A DNA stretch of 17,163 nucleotides from Myxococcota bacterium (GTDB lineage Bacteria; Myxococcota_A; UBA796; GCA-2862545): positions 1 through 17,163 of the forward strand of contig JBCCQY010000185.1 of assembly GCA_039208735.1 (NCBI GenBank), given 5' to 3'. Within the stretch, counting starts at the first letter, position 1. Each line of letters begins with the position of its first letter. Made by a program: the position numbers and the translations under genes. The notes beneath the pieces are model-generated. The model was not told the origin of the DNA. It made no database searches and worked only from the letters and a program-made list of their open reading frames with translations. Shown here piece by piece: positions 1 through 7,494 of this stretch.

Positions 1-1280
1 CCCATCGTGCCCAGTCCGCCCGATGTAAGGAGGGTGCGGGGCGCTTCGTGAGGGTGGTACTGCGCCTCCCACATCTGGTGCTGTCCCACGTCCGAGACGA
101 TGAGGGCATCCCCTTGGGTGTACCGCCACAGGTCGTGCATCACATGGGCGGCGTGAAAGGCCTCGGGATCGGGGCGTTGCAGCAGGTCACGCGCGTTGTC
201 GTCGGCCTGCCAGGCCGCGAGTTGGCTTCGCCAGGCCGCGTGACTGGCGGGGCCAACCCGCTTCAACAGCCCCCGGAGAGAGGCGCGCGCATCTCCCAGC
301 ACGCCCACGTCAGTGGAGACATTCTTGCCGATCTCGGCCGGGTCGATTTCGAGGTGGATGATGCGAGCCTGAGGAGCAAACCGGCTCACATTGCCCGTCA
401 CGCGGTCGTCGAAGCGCATTCCGACGGCGATCAAGACATCGGCGGCCTGAATCGCCCGATTCACGGTGGCTGCCCCGTGCATGCCGGGCATCCCCAAGTG
501 CAACGGGTGGCTTGCGGGCACTCCCCCGAGCCCAAGGAGCGTCGTCGTGATGGGCAGGTCTGCGCGCTCGGCGAGCGCGAGCAATTCGCCGGTGGCCTCG
601 GCCTGAATGACGCCGTGGCCGGCCAGGATCAGCGGCCGCACTGCCGAGTTGATGAGTTCTGCGGCCGCATCCAACGCGGCGCCGGGTGGCTCAGGATGGT
701 CGGGGGGCTCGAGGGGTCGGGCGGGCGCCTCGGCTTCGATGTCGCAAGTCCCGATTTGAGCGTCCTTCGTGATGTCGATGAGCACCGGACCGGGGCGACC
801 CGAGCGTGCCACCCGAAAGGCGTCGCGAATCGCAGGGGCCACATCTTCGGGTCGGGTCACGCGATAGTTGTGTTTGGTGATGGGCATGGTGATGCCCGTG
901 ATGTCGGTCTCCTGGAAGGCGTCGGTGCCGAGAAGGTGCGAGGGGACTTGGCCCGTGATGCACACTAGCGGCACCGAATCGAGCATCGCGGTGGCGATGC
1001 CGGTCACGAGGTTGGTAGCGCCGGGCCCCGAAGTGGCGAGTGCGACGCCTACTCTTCCGGTGGCCCTTGCGTAGCCGTCTGCCATGTGGGCTGCGCCTTG
1101 CTCATGCCGACAGAGCACGTGGTGGATGGAACTTTCGGGCAGGGCGTCGTACACCGGCATGATGGCGCCGCCGGGGTAGCCAAAGCAGACCTCGACGCCT
1201 TCTTGCTCGAGGCAACGCCACACGTGTTGCGCTCCGGTCAGCGGGAAAGCTCCGCGTTTCAGATCTTTTTCAAGCACCAT
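1..1280 (-). CDS. ilvB: Acetolactate synthase large (catalytic) subunit; 3' end runs off the window
   Basis: Absent from the ORF track because it has no stop in the window. Manual minus-strand translation from ATG at 1280: MVLEKDLKRGAFPLTGAQHVW...FGYPGGAIMPVYDAL...RHEQGAAHMADGYARATG...SGPGATNLVTGIATAMLDSVPLVCITGQVP...GTDAFQE...DVGQHQMWEAQY...TSGGLGTMG. These are hallmark AHAS motifs, and the first and last are in the same frame. RBS AGGGAGG at 1286-1292. Confidence 0.96.
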   Translation of the reverse strand, partial: MVLEKDLKRGAFPLTGAQHVWRCLEQEGVEVCFGYPGGAIMPVYDALPESSIHHVLCRHEQGAAHMADGYARATGRVGVALATSGPGATNLVTGIATAMLDSVPLVCITGQVPSHLLGTDAFQETDITGITMPITKHNYRVTRPEDVAPAIRDAFRVARSGRPGPVLIDITKDAQIGTCDIEAEAPARPLEPPDHPEPPGAALDAAAELINSAVRPLILAGHGVIQAEATGELLALAERADLPITTTLLGLGGVPASHPLHLGMPGMHGAATVNRAIQAADVLIAVGMRFDDRVTGNVSRFAPQARIIHLEIDPAEIGKNVSTDVGVLGDARASLRGLLKRVGPASHAAWRSQLAAWQADDNARDLLQRPDPEAFHAAHVMHDLWRYTQGDALIVSDVGQHQMWEAQYHPHEAPRTLLTSGGLGTM

Positions 1281-1290
1281 GTCGACCTCC

Positions 1291-1809
1291 CTACGCCACG
1301 GCGGCCACGGCCGAGCCGTGGGTTGGGGTGAGCCAATGGGCGAACGAGCGATCTCGCCCGTGCACGATGTCCTTCGGGGTGTCAACGGCCACGATCGAGT
1401 CCCCATGAACCATGAAGACGTTTTCGCCAGTGGCCTCGCAGACCTGGTTCCAGGGCAGCACCGCAACCGCATGCCGGGGGGTCATGGCGGTGACGTCAAG
1501 TTTGAGGCTACCTCCGCCGAGCCAGGCCACAGGTCGCACGTAGGCATCGCGCAGGCCACGCTCGTGGAGGGGGCCCACGGCGCTGCGCATGCCTTCGAGA
1601 TCCGCCTCGAACCCAAGGCATCGCGCTCCCTTGGCGAGGTGTGCCAAATGGTCATCCAAGCGGAAGACGGCCGGTCCTGCCGGCGTGTTGTAGACCCGAA
1701 TCCCTTCGAAGACACCCGTTCCGTAATGAAGGGCTTGATCCAGTAGATTTACGTGTGGGTCGGATGAAGGACGGAAGGTTCCGTCCATCCAGATCGTCGT
1801 CGATGTCAT
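1291..1809 (-). pseudogene. ilvE: Internally deleted branched-chain aminotransferase (IlvE-like, 172 aa, open frame, predicted inactive): pseudogene or pseudo-enzyme
   Basis: N-terminal class IV motifs IWMDG, ALHYGTGVFEGIR, VFRLDDHL and DAYVRP are present. LPW runs directly into NQVCEATGENVF (catalytic Lys segment missing). VAVDTP runs directly into KDIVHGR...WLT (GITR and GTAAE-type motifs missing). ATG at 1809 with GGAG upstream. Confidence 0.85.
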
Positions 1810-1861
1810 GCGCAGCCCACTCCAGGGCAGCGGCCCGACCTTCGACGATGCCGGCAATCTC

Positions 1862-1912
1862 CGGCCCCGCCTCGGTGCGGGGCCGTGATTGGTTCAGGTC
1901 AGCCCGCGCACC
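1862..1912 (-). promoter_or_regulatory. Attenuator: mutually exclusive antiterminator and terminator-like hairpins of the ilv leader
   Basis: On the minus strand, a 9-bp stem CGGCCCCGC-accgag-GCGGGGCCG spans 1885-1862. GGTGCG[C]GGGCT at the end of the leader ORF (1912-1901) can pair with GGCCCCGCACC (1884-1874), the 5' arm and loop of that stem (11 bp, one bulge, one G-U). Confidence 0.8.
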
Positions 1913-1997
1913 CCGTAGGAACGATAAGAAGGACGACAATGACGAGAACGAGCGACGACACGACAGACACGGCGGTGCTGATGGTGGTGCAGTTCAC
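1899..1997 (-). CDS. ilvL: ilv operon attenuator leader peptide (32 aa, MNCTTISTAVSVVSSLVLVIVVLLIVPTGCAG)
   Basis: GTG at 1997 with AGAGGG upstream; TGA at 1901-1899. 15 of 32 codons are Val/Leu/Ile, including 11 consecutive. It lies directly upstream of the hairpins and ilvE/ilvB, and its layout resembles enterobacterial IlvL. Confidence 0.88.
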   Translation of the reverse strand: MNCTTISTAVSVVSSLVLVIVVLLIVPTGCAG

Positions 1998-2150
1998 GTC
2001 AAACCCTCTTTAGGCGCGGACCTCCGCAGGGTACTCCAACTCGGGTCGCTCCGCCAGCAAATCCCATCGACAAGCCCACCGGCACAGCAAACGCATGATC
2101 CCGATGGTACGGCCCTCCGGTGTTGGGGCGGTAGGACGGAAGCCGTCTGG

Positions 2151-3263
2151 CTACCGACCGATCTTAATGGTCACTTCGGTCACCGCGTGCGGCTCGGGGA
2201 TGAAGGGTGCGGAGGTTCCCACGATGCGGTCGAACTCATCGTGCACCTTGATCACCAAGGGCTCCTCGTACGCGTACAGCGTGAACGGAGCCTCTTCGGG
2301 GGTCAGCCGGATGGCGACCGCCTTGTCTTCATCGTCGGCTTCGGCCCGGTGAATCCACCACCGGGCTTCGCCTGGCTTGCGGGCCCGACGACCGATCTCG
2401 AGCTTTGGCGTGACCAATGCCCAGGGAGCGTCGATCTCAAGCTGGGTGGTGTCGCCGATCGACACGGTGCCTCGAGCCGTACCTTCGATGGAAAATTGGT
2501 CGGGCACGGGGCGCTCGAACGCAAGGCGCGCGAAGATCTCGTAGGTGCCAGGGGGGACGGGCGCGGAAAGCGACTTCGACTGCTCCACGTAGATGGGCTG
2601 GCTGGACTTGCGCAGCCCTTCGTCGTAGGGGCGGATCTCGAAGAACACTTCGTCGGGGTAGATCTCACCGTCGACAAGTGTGGTCTCGACCGTGCCTGAG
2701 GACAGGTCCGGGGTGATCCGGAGGCTGTTCCCCGACTTCAAGTCGACGATGTTTCCAATGTCGAGCACGCCTCGCTTGCAGGAGACTTCCCACACGCCAG
2801 GGGGAAAGAATCGCTTGGTCGGCTCGGTGGCGGTGAACGATCGGTTTTCTTTGCCGTTGGTGCTGCCGCAGGTGAACGCTCCGGTCACGTTCTTCGGCGC
2901 GTATTCGACGAAGGCGCCATCGAAGACCATCTGGACGGAAAGCCGTTTTCCAGAGCGGACCTCGATTTGCTGGGTCTGCACCACGGGCGCGACCTCGCCT
3001 TCGAGGATGTAGGTGCCAGGCGGGATCTGTGCATCGAGACGGCCAGCCCCAAGTTCGATTTTGGCTGGTTCTTCGCCCTCGGCGGGCGGCGCGTCCGTCA
3101 CCGGGACGGCGCGCCACACGATGAAGTCGTCGAGGCGAGGCCCGTCCTCGCCAAGGCGCGACTCCGCCCGAATCTTCCCGTTCTTGGGGGCTTTCGCAGT
3201 CGCGGGCATGCTGCCCAAACCCCACAATAGGGTCATGACCCCGAGTCCCATTCCCATGCCCAT
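2151..3263 (-). CDS. Secreted hypothetical protein (370 aa), probably several beta-sandwich modules
   Basis: Signal-peptide-like N-terminus (GLGVMTLLWGLGSMPATA) and RBS GAGGGAG. Recurrent PPGTY / PPGVW / PPGTY motifs suggest repeated small beta domains. Confidence 0.8.
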   Translation of the reverse strand: MGMGMGLGVMTLLWGLGSMPATAKAPKNGKIRAESRLGEDGPRLDDFIVWRAVPVTDAPPAEGEEPAKIELGAGRLDAQIPPGTYILEGEVAPVVQTQQIEVRSGKRLSVQMVFDGAFVEYAPKNVTGAFTCGSTNGKENRSFTATEPTKRFFPPGVWEVSCKRGVLDIGNIVDLKSGNSLRITPDLSSGTVETTLVDGEIYPDEVFFEIRPYDEGLRKSSQPIYVEQSKSLSAPVPPGTYEIFARLAFERPVPDQFSIEGTARGTVSIGDTTQLEIDAPWALVTPKLEIGRRARKPGEARWWIHRAEADDEDKAVAIRLTPEEAPFTLYAYEEPLVIKVHDEFDRIVGTSAPFIPEPHAVTEVTIKIGR

Positions 3264-3300
3264 CGCTTCTCCCTCACTGCCCCGTGCGGGGTCGGCGCGG

Positions 3301-3306
3301 AGGATA
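3301..3306 (-). promoter_or_regulatory. Possible -10 element (TATCCT) for the 3263 gene
   Basis: TANNNT hexamer 37 nt upstream of the ATG in an 84-bp intergenic gap. No convincing -35. Confidence 0.3.
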
Positions 3307-3347
3307 ACCTCGATGGACGTCAGCTCGTCGTCAGGTTTCGTGCGACG

Positions 3348-3773
3348 TCAGACCTCGGTTTCGATGCCGGGGGTCGTGGTGTCGTCTTCGGGGAGGGTCG
3401 ACCCCTCCATCTCGACGGTGTTGTCGGCAGTGTCTTCGCGGACCACCGGCTCCGATTTGACGATACCGTTGCTCGCCTGCAGGTCCACCATCTCCTGACC
3501 GTCCACCACGTAGACGCGCGTCACGACGTAGACGCTATTGTCGACCATCAGCTCCCAGCCCACGGCGGCCGCGACGGGCACGACGAGGAGCGTGCGGCCG
3601 GCTACGACCCGACGGCGGACCCGGCGCCGATGACGACGACGCACCCGACGGCGGACCCGACGGCGCGTCCGCCGCCGCCCCCGGCGAGCTGGAGGAGCCG
3701 CCTCGGCGGTGTCGATGGTAGCGGCGGCAAGGCCGGCAAGCAGGCCTGCGATCAAGGCTCGGCGTGTGTGCAT
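3348..3773 (-). CDS. Putative Tat-exported protein (141 aa) with a poly-arginine tract and an acidic C-terminus
   Basis: ATG at 3773 with RBS GGGAGG. MHTRRALIAGLLAGLAAATIDTAEA contains a twin-Arg-like motif, an h-region and an AxA site. It is followed by RRGRRRTRRRVRRRVRRRHRRRVRRR, a beta-rich segment and a D/E-rich tail. Confidence 0.8.
   Translation of the reverse strand: MHTRRALIAGLLAGLAAATIDTAEAAPPARRGRRRTRRRVRRRVRRRHRRRVRRRVVAGRTLLVVPVAAAVGWELMVDNSVYVVTRVYVVDGQEMVDLQASNGIVKSEPVVREDTADNTVEMEGSTLPEDDTTTPGIETEV
3609..3686 (-). repeat. Degenerate 12-bp coding repeat giving (RRRx)n
   Basis: 20 Arg in 26 residues, with a non-Arg residue every fourth position. Synonymous Arg codons vary between units. 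Confidence 0.85.
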
Positions 3774-3829
3774 GATGTCCTCCCATTTCTCCAAGGCGCC
3801 TAACGAACAAATGTGGAGGGGATGTTGAC

Positions 3830-5311
3830 TCAGAGCGGATCGAGTGTCGGGTAGGGCGAGGGGTAGGGCGTTGGCCACCTCGCCCCGTCCTCATAGAGCA
3901 CGTCCGACCCAAACCGTTCTTCGAGGGCAGCCCATAGGCCAGGATTGCCCGTCTTAAGGCCGTGAACGACCCCCAGTTCGGTCGGGTCGAAGGGCGTGGC
4001 GTTGAGCAGGATGCGCCAGCCCTGTTCGGTGATGCCGTAGTTGTGGCCTAAGCGGAGTCGCACCACGTTGCGCAGTCCAGGCCAGGAGCCAAGGGCCTCG
4101 AGGGCGACGTCGGTAAGCCCGTTGTTGTTGAGGTCGAGTTGGACAAGGCGCTTCACGTGGGCCGACTCCACGAGGGCCTGCACCCCGCGGTCGCCGAGGT
4201 CACAGGCGAACGCCTCGAATCCAACAAGATTGGCCAGAGAGGGGCTTTCCGCCAGCGCAGCCATGCCCGAGGCCTCGATGCGACAACGGCCCAACGTGAG
4301 ACGGGTGAGTCGTCGAAACGGCACCGCGGCCAGCGAATGGGCCCGGTCGACATCGAAGTGCCACGGTTGCTTGGGGGCCAATGCAAGGTGCTCGAGATCG
4401 AGAATCGCAGGCGAGCGAATGACCGCATCGATCGCCAAACGGTCGACGGTGCCCACCAAATCGAGCCGACGAAGTGGCCGCCAATCCAACACCCGTTCCA
4501 CGTGTGGGATGGCTTCTTCGTTGTCGGCGAGGTTCAACGCGATGGGAACGTCGCTCGACTTCGCGACAAGGGCAGTGATGCCCTCTCGATCGAGCTGATT
4601 CCCCCGCAGATCGAGGTGTTGCACGGTCGCCAACAGGCCTGACGCGGCGAGGGGGAGGAGACCCGCATCCCCGATGATCGTGTGATCGAGGACGAGCGAG
4701 ACGAGGTCAGGCCGCAACAGCTGCGTCAGATGGGCCACGGTGGCGGGATGGACGGTGGCAGACCGAATGCCGAACGCCTGAAACTGGGAGGCGATCTCAG
4801 CGTCAACGGCGCTAAAGGCGTCCTGGCGGAGACTTCCGCTCGAGAGCACGAACGCGCCCGTGAGGCGGGCGTCGGCCGCGGCCGCCAGTGCACTGGCGAG
4901 GTCATCGGGGGACTCCCCCGGCGGGCGCCAGGCTACGGAGCGAAGGGGTGTCGTGCGGACAAGCGAAGAAAGGATTCGCCAATCCATTGCGGGATTCGGC
5001 GAGGCGAGGTGTTCGACAAACCCACGCCGAAACTTCCGACTTGTTGTGGCCCACACCTCACGGGAGGGCAACAAGGTGGCCAGTGGCTCGACCCAACGGG
5101 CTTCTCCGGCTCGCCTTAGCCGCTCGGTCTGCGCATGCAGCGTCGACCACTCGGGGTGGGCTTCACCGAGGGTTGCCAGCCTGCATTGGCCCTGGATGAA
5201 TGCGCCCTGGGAACTCCCCTGCTCCTTGAGCCAGTCTGCATAGACGAGTCGCGCCGTCTCGTCGTTGGGCGCCGCAGTAACCGCGGCAAGCAGCTGGCTT
5301 TCTTCGGTCAC
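3830..5311 (-). CDS. TIGR02996-like repeat-companion domain plus leucine-rich repeat protein (493 aa)
   Basis: The N-terminus LLAAVTAAPNDETARLVYADWLKEQG...FIQGQC and later FRRGFVE match the TIGR02996 pattern. LRRs include HLDLRGNQLDREG, LTRLTLGRCRIEASG, LVQLDLNNNGLTDVA and VVRLRLGHNYGITEQG. GTG at 5311 overlaps the upstream TGA (GTGA). Confidence 0.9.
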   Translation of the reverse strand: MTEESQLLAAVTAAPNDETARLVYADWLKEQGSSQGAFIQGQCRLATLGEAHPEWSTLHAQTERLRRAGEARWVEPLATLLPSREVWATTSRKFRRGFVEHLASPNPAMDWRILSSLVRTTPLRSVAWRPPGESPDDLASALAAAADARLTGAFVLSSGSLRQDAFSAVDAEIASQFQAFGIRSATVHPATVAHLTQLLRPDLVSLVLDHTIIGDAGLLPLAASGLLATVQHLDLRGNQLDREGITALVAKSSDVPIALNLADNEEAIPHVERVLDWRPLRRLDLVGTVDRLAIDAVIRSPAILDLEHLALAPKQPWHFDVDRAHSLAAVPFRRLTRLTLGRCRIEASGMAALAESPSLANLVGFEAFACDLGDRGVQALVESAHVKRLVQLDLNNNGLTDVALEALGSWPGLRNVVRLRLGHNYGITEQGWRILLNATPFDPTELGVVHGLKTGNPGLWAALEERFGSDVLYEDGARWPTPYPSPYPTLDPL

Positions 5312-6687
5312 CGACGCACGAGCTCCCAGCTGCATTCCTGGCCGGCCGTCAACGGAAGACGATGCTGGATGGGAGGCAGCGGAGGAAGGGCCACGGGGGC
5401 CTGGCAACCTGGATCGTCGGCGTCGACGAGGTCGTCAAAGTCGTTGTCGACGCCGTCGCGGCATGCGGTTTTTGAATCCGCCGACTCTGGATCGGGGCGC
5501 CCCTTCAAGTGGCGATCGTCGATGCTGTTCCAAAGCTTGTCGAACCAGGCTTCGAACTGGGCCACATGGCGTCGGGACCGCAGGACAACGGTGTTCTCGT
5601 CGTTGCTTCGCTCCCCGGCTCCCGTGAAGTTCATCGACCCCCCGACCATGACCGACCCATCGACCGCCAGTGCCTTGGCATGCATCTTCCCTCCCCAGTC
5701 TTCGACTTTCACGGGGATCCCCGCTGCACGCAGCACCTCGTGTTTCGTGTAGCCGTTCCTCGCCGCGGTCGCATCGAGGATGACGCGAACCGAAACTCCG
5801 CGACGGTGCGCGGCAATCAGGTCTTGGGCGAGGGTCTTGTGGGTGAGGAAAAAGACGGCCACATCGATGCGACGCTTGGCGCGCCGCACCAAAGGACGAA
5901 CCACGCGGCTCATCGGTTGGTCCTGAGGGGAAAAGTAGACCTGAGCGCGAACTTTTCCGGGAACGATCCAGTGTTCACGGAGTGTGGCCTCAGCGTTCGG
6001 CTTCGTGCGGTGGAATTGCCCCTTGAGGTACATGCGCTCGAACTCTTGGGTGTAGAACCCCGCAATCGTGGGGCTATCGATGCGCAACACGAGGTTTGCG
6101 TTGTAGCCCCCGGTACCCGAGTTGCTCGCGTTGGTGGAGCCGGTCCAGACATGGCGTCCATCCGCAATCGCGAACTTGTGGTGCATGATGTCGCCCTCGA
6201 AACGAAGGGGCTCGCGGCTTGCATGCGCAGTTAGCAAGCAGGTGTCGCCAAGATCGTAGGCGAGGCACTGCAATGGGCCGGCGAAGCCTTCAGGCCGGGG
6301 ACATTTGGGACGTCCGGTGAAGGGACGCTGTTTCTTGGCCTGGGCGCGGTCCACGACGAGGTCGGTCTGCGTTGAAAACGCGTTCACCCAGGTTTCGCTA
6401 TCGGTGTAGTAGTTGCTTCCGTCGATCGTCCGGTCGATGACCAAGCGCACGCGCACACCGCGTTTCTTCGCTCGCGTGACCGCCTCGAACAGCGCCGTCT
6501 GCTGTCGAAACCCGTAGAAGGCGAGATCGAGCGTCTGAGTGGCGCCATCGATCACCTCCCGCAGAGAAGTGCAGACACGGGCTTCGCAAGCGTCTCGGGG
6601 CAGGGCGGCCCGCGTGGGATCGGCGAGGATGAGTTCGACGTCATCGGCCAACGCCGGACGTGCCAAGAGGGCTAGGGCCCACAACAT
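5308..6687 (-). CDS. Secreted phospholipase D superfamily protein (two HKD motifs; lipase or Nuc-like nuclease) with a C-terminal Cys/Asp-rich motif
   Basis: HKD motifs HHKFAIADGRHVWTGSTN and HAKALAVDGSVMVGGSMN. Signal peptide MLWALALLARPALA, RBS AGGAG, C-terminal CRDGVDNDFDDLVDADDPGC. Confidence 0.93.
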   Translation of the reverse strand: MLWALALLARPALADDVELILADPTRAALPRDACEARVCTSLREVIDGATQTLDLAFYGFRQQTALFEAVTRAKKRGVRVRLVIDRTIDGSNYYTDSETWVNAFSTQTDLVVDRAQAKKQRPFTGRPKCPRPEGFAGPLQCLAYDLGDTCLLTAHASREPLRFEGDIMHHKFAIADGRHVWTGSTNASNSGTGGYNANLVLRIDSPTIAGFYTQEFERMYLKGQFHRTKPNAEATLREHWIVPGKVRAQVYFSPQDQPMSRVVRPLVRRAKRRIDVAVFFLTHKTLAQDLIAAHRRGVSVRVILDATAARNGYTKHEVLRAAGIPVKVEDWGGKMHAKALAVDGSVMVGGSMNFTGAGERSNDENTVVLRSRRHVAQFEAWFDKLWNSIDDRHLKGRPDPESADSKTACRDGVDNDFDDLVDADDPGCQAPVALPPLPPIQHRLPLTAGQECSWELVRR

Positions 6688-6705
6688 CGGCTCTCCTGTC
6701 GGGCG

Positions 6706-7494
6706 TTAGCCGCCCAGGTGGCCCAACACCTCGGCACGGTCCCAGGCCATGTCGCCATACCGGGCGATAACCCGGCCATCGGCGTCGATGATCAGCAGCA
6801 TGAGGTCATGGGTGATCGCGAGCCCCTTGCCGTGGGTGGTGAGTCCAGCGCGTTCTGCCAGCGACACCAACATCTCGCCAGGCACCCGACCAAAATCGAG
6901 GCGTCCCGTCTCGGCGCCTCGCTCTACCCCGTACGCCTTCAACACCGCAAGCGAGTCGTAGGTCGGGTCCAGGGTGACGGCGACCAACCGCGCACCTGTG
7001 GGCAGCGACCCCTGCAGCGAGAGCAGTCGCTGGGTGACGAGGGGGCAATACTCGGGCAGTGGGCATCGCGTGTAGAGGAACGTGAGGGCGACGGGACCCG
7101 CTTGGTCAGGGCCTAAGGTCAACGTCGACCCGTCGGCCAAGGCGATGGGCGTGGCCGGGAAGAGTTCGCCGACCTTGATCGCTTGAGCGGCGTTCGGTCG
7201 CGGGGTCGCCTGCTTGGGAGCTTGCGATCGAGCGGTGACAACCAGGTCGGTGAGCACCGTTCGACGCCCGACAAGCAGGGTGCCCCGAATGGTGTCGCCT
7301 TCGGACACGCGCTGCCGATCCTGCGGATTGGCGAGCGGAAACGGCATGGTCATCGCGTCCATGAATCCTGGGATGTCGTCGTGTGCAACGATCAGCGAAT
7401 CGTCGCGAACCTCGATGACGGTACCGGTCACGGCATACGAATCAGGCCCCGAGCCTCCGCAGGCGACAAGCCACAGCAAGAGGCTATGCGTCAT
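6706..7494 (-). CDS. Lipoprotein: CusF-like copper-binding domain fused to an SCO1/SenC domain (262 aa)
   Basis: Lipobox LVAC. CusF-like H/M motif IVAHDDIPGFMDAMTMPF. SCO features LTFLYTRCPLPEYCP, VTLDPTYDS and a distal His in ITHDL. ATG at 7494 overlaps the upstream gene end. Confidence 0.9.
   Translation of the reverse strand: MTHSLLLWLVACGGSGPDSYAVTGTVIEVRDDSLIVAHDDIPGFMDAMTMPFPLANPQDRQRVSEGDTIRGTLLVGRRTVLTDLVVTARSQAPKQATPRPNAAQAIKVGELFPATPIALADGSTLTLGPDQAGPVALTFLYTRCPLPEYCPLVTQRLLSLQGSLPTGARLVAVTLDPTYDSLAVLKAYGVERGAETGRLDFGRVPGEMLVSLAERAGLTTHGKGLAITHDLMLLIIDADGRVIARYGDMAWDRAEVLGHLGG

Noticed and set aside
48..968. 306-aa plus-strand ORF
   Set aside because: Antisense shadow of ilvB, whose motifs are clear on the minus strand.
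1365..1455. Short inverted repeats at the two ilvE deletion junctions (CCTGG-tt-CCAGG near 1443-1454; a CC-TTCG-GG hairpin near 1366-1383 on the plus strand)
   Set aside because: Too short and GC-rich to distinguish from chance without the undeleted ancestral sequence.
1641..2699. 352-aa plus-strand ORF
   Set aside because: Antisense to ilvE, the leader peptide and the 2151-3263 gene. Its NDKKDDNDENE stretch is simply the reverse complement of the Val/Leu/Ile codons.
3609..3686. Tandem repeats considered as a CRISPR array or a non-coding repeat
   Set aside because: 12-bp degenerate units with no spacers, fully explained by in-frame Arg codons.
5312..5407. N-terminal extension of the LRR ORF given in the track
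   Set aside because: It overlaps the PLD 3' end. The GTGA-coupled start at 5311 puts the TIGR02996-like domain at the N-terminus, as expected.
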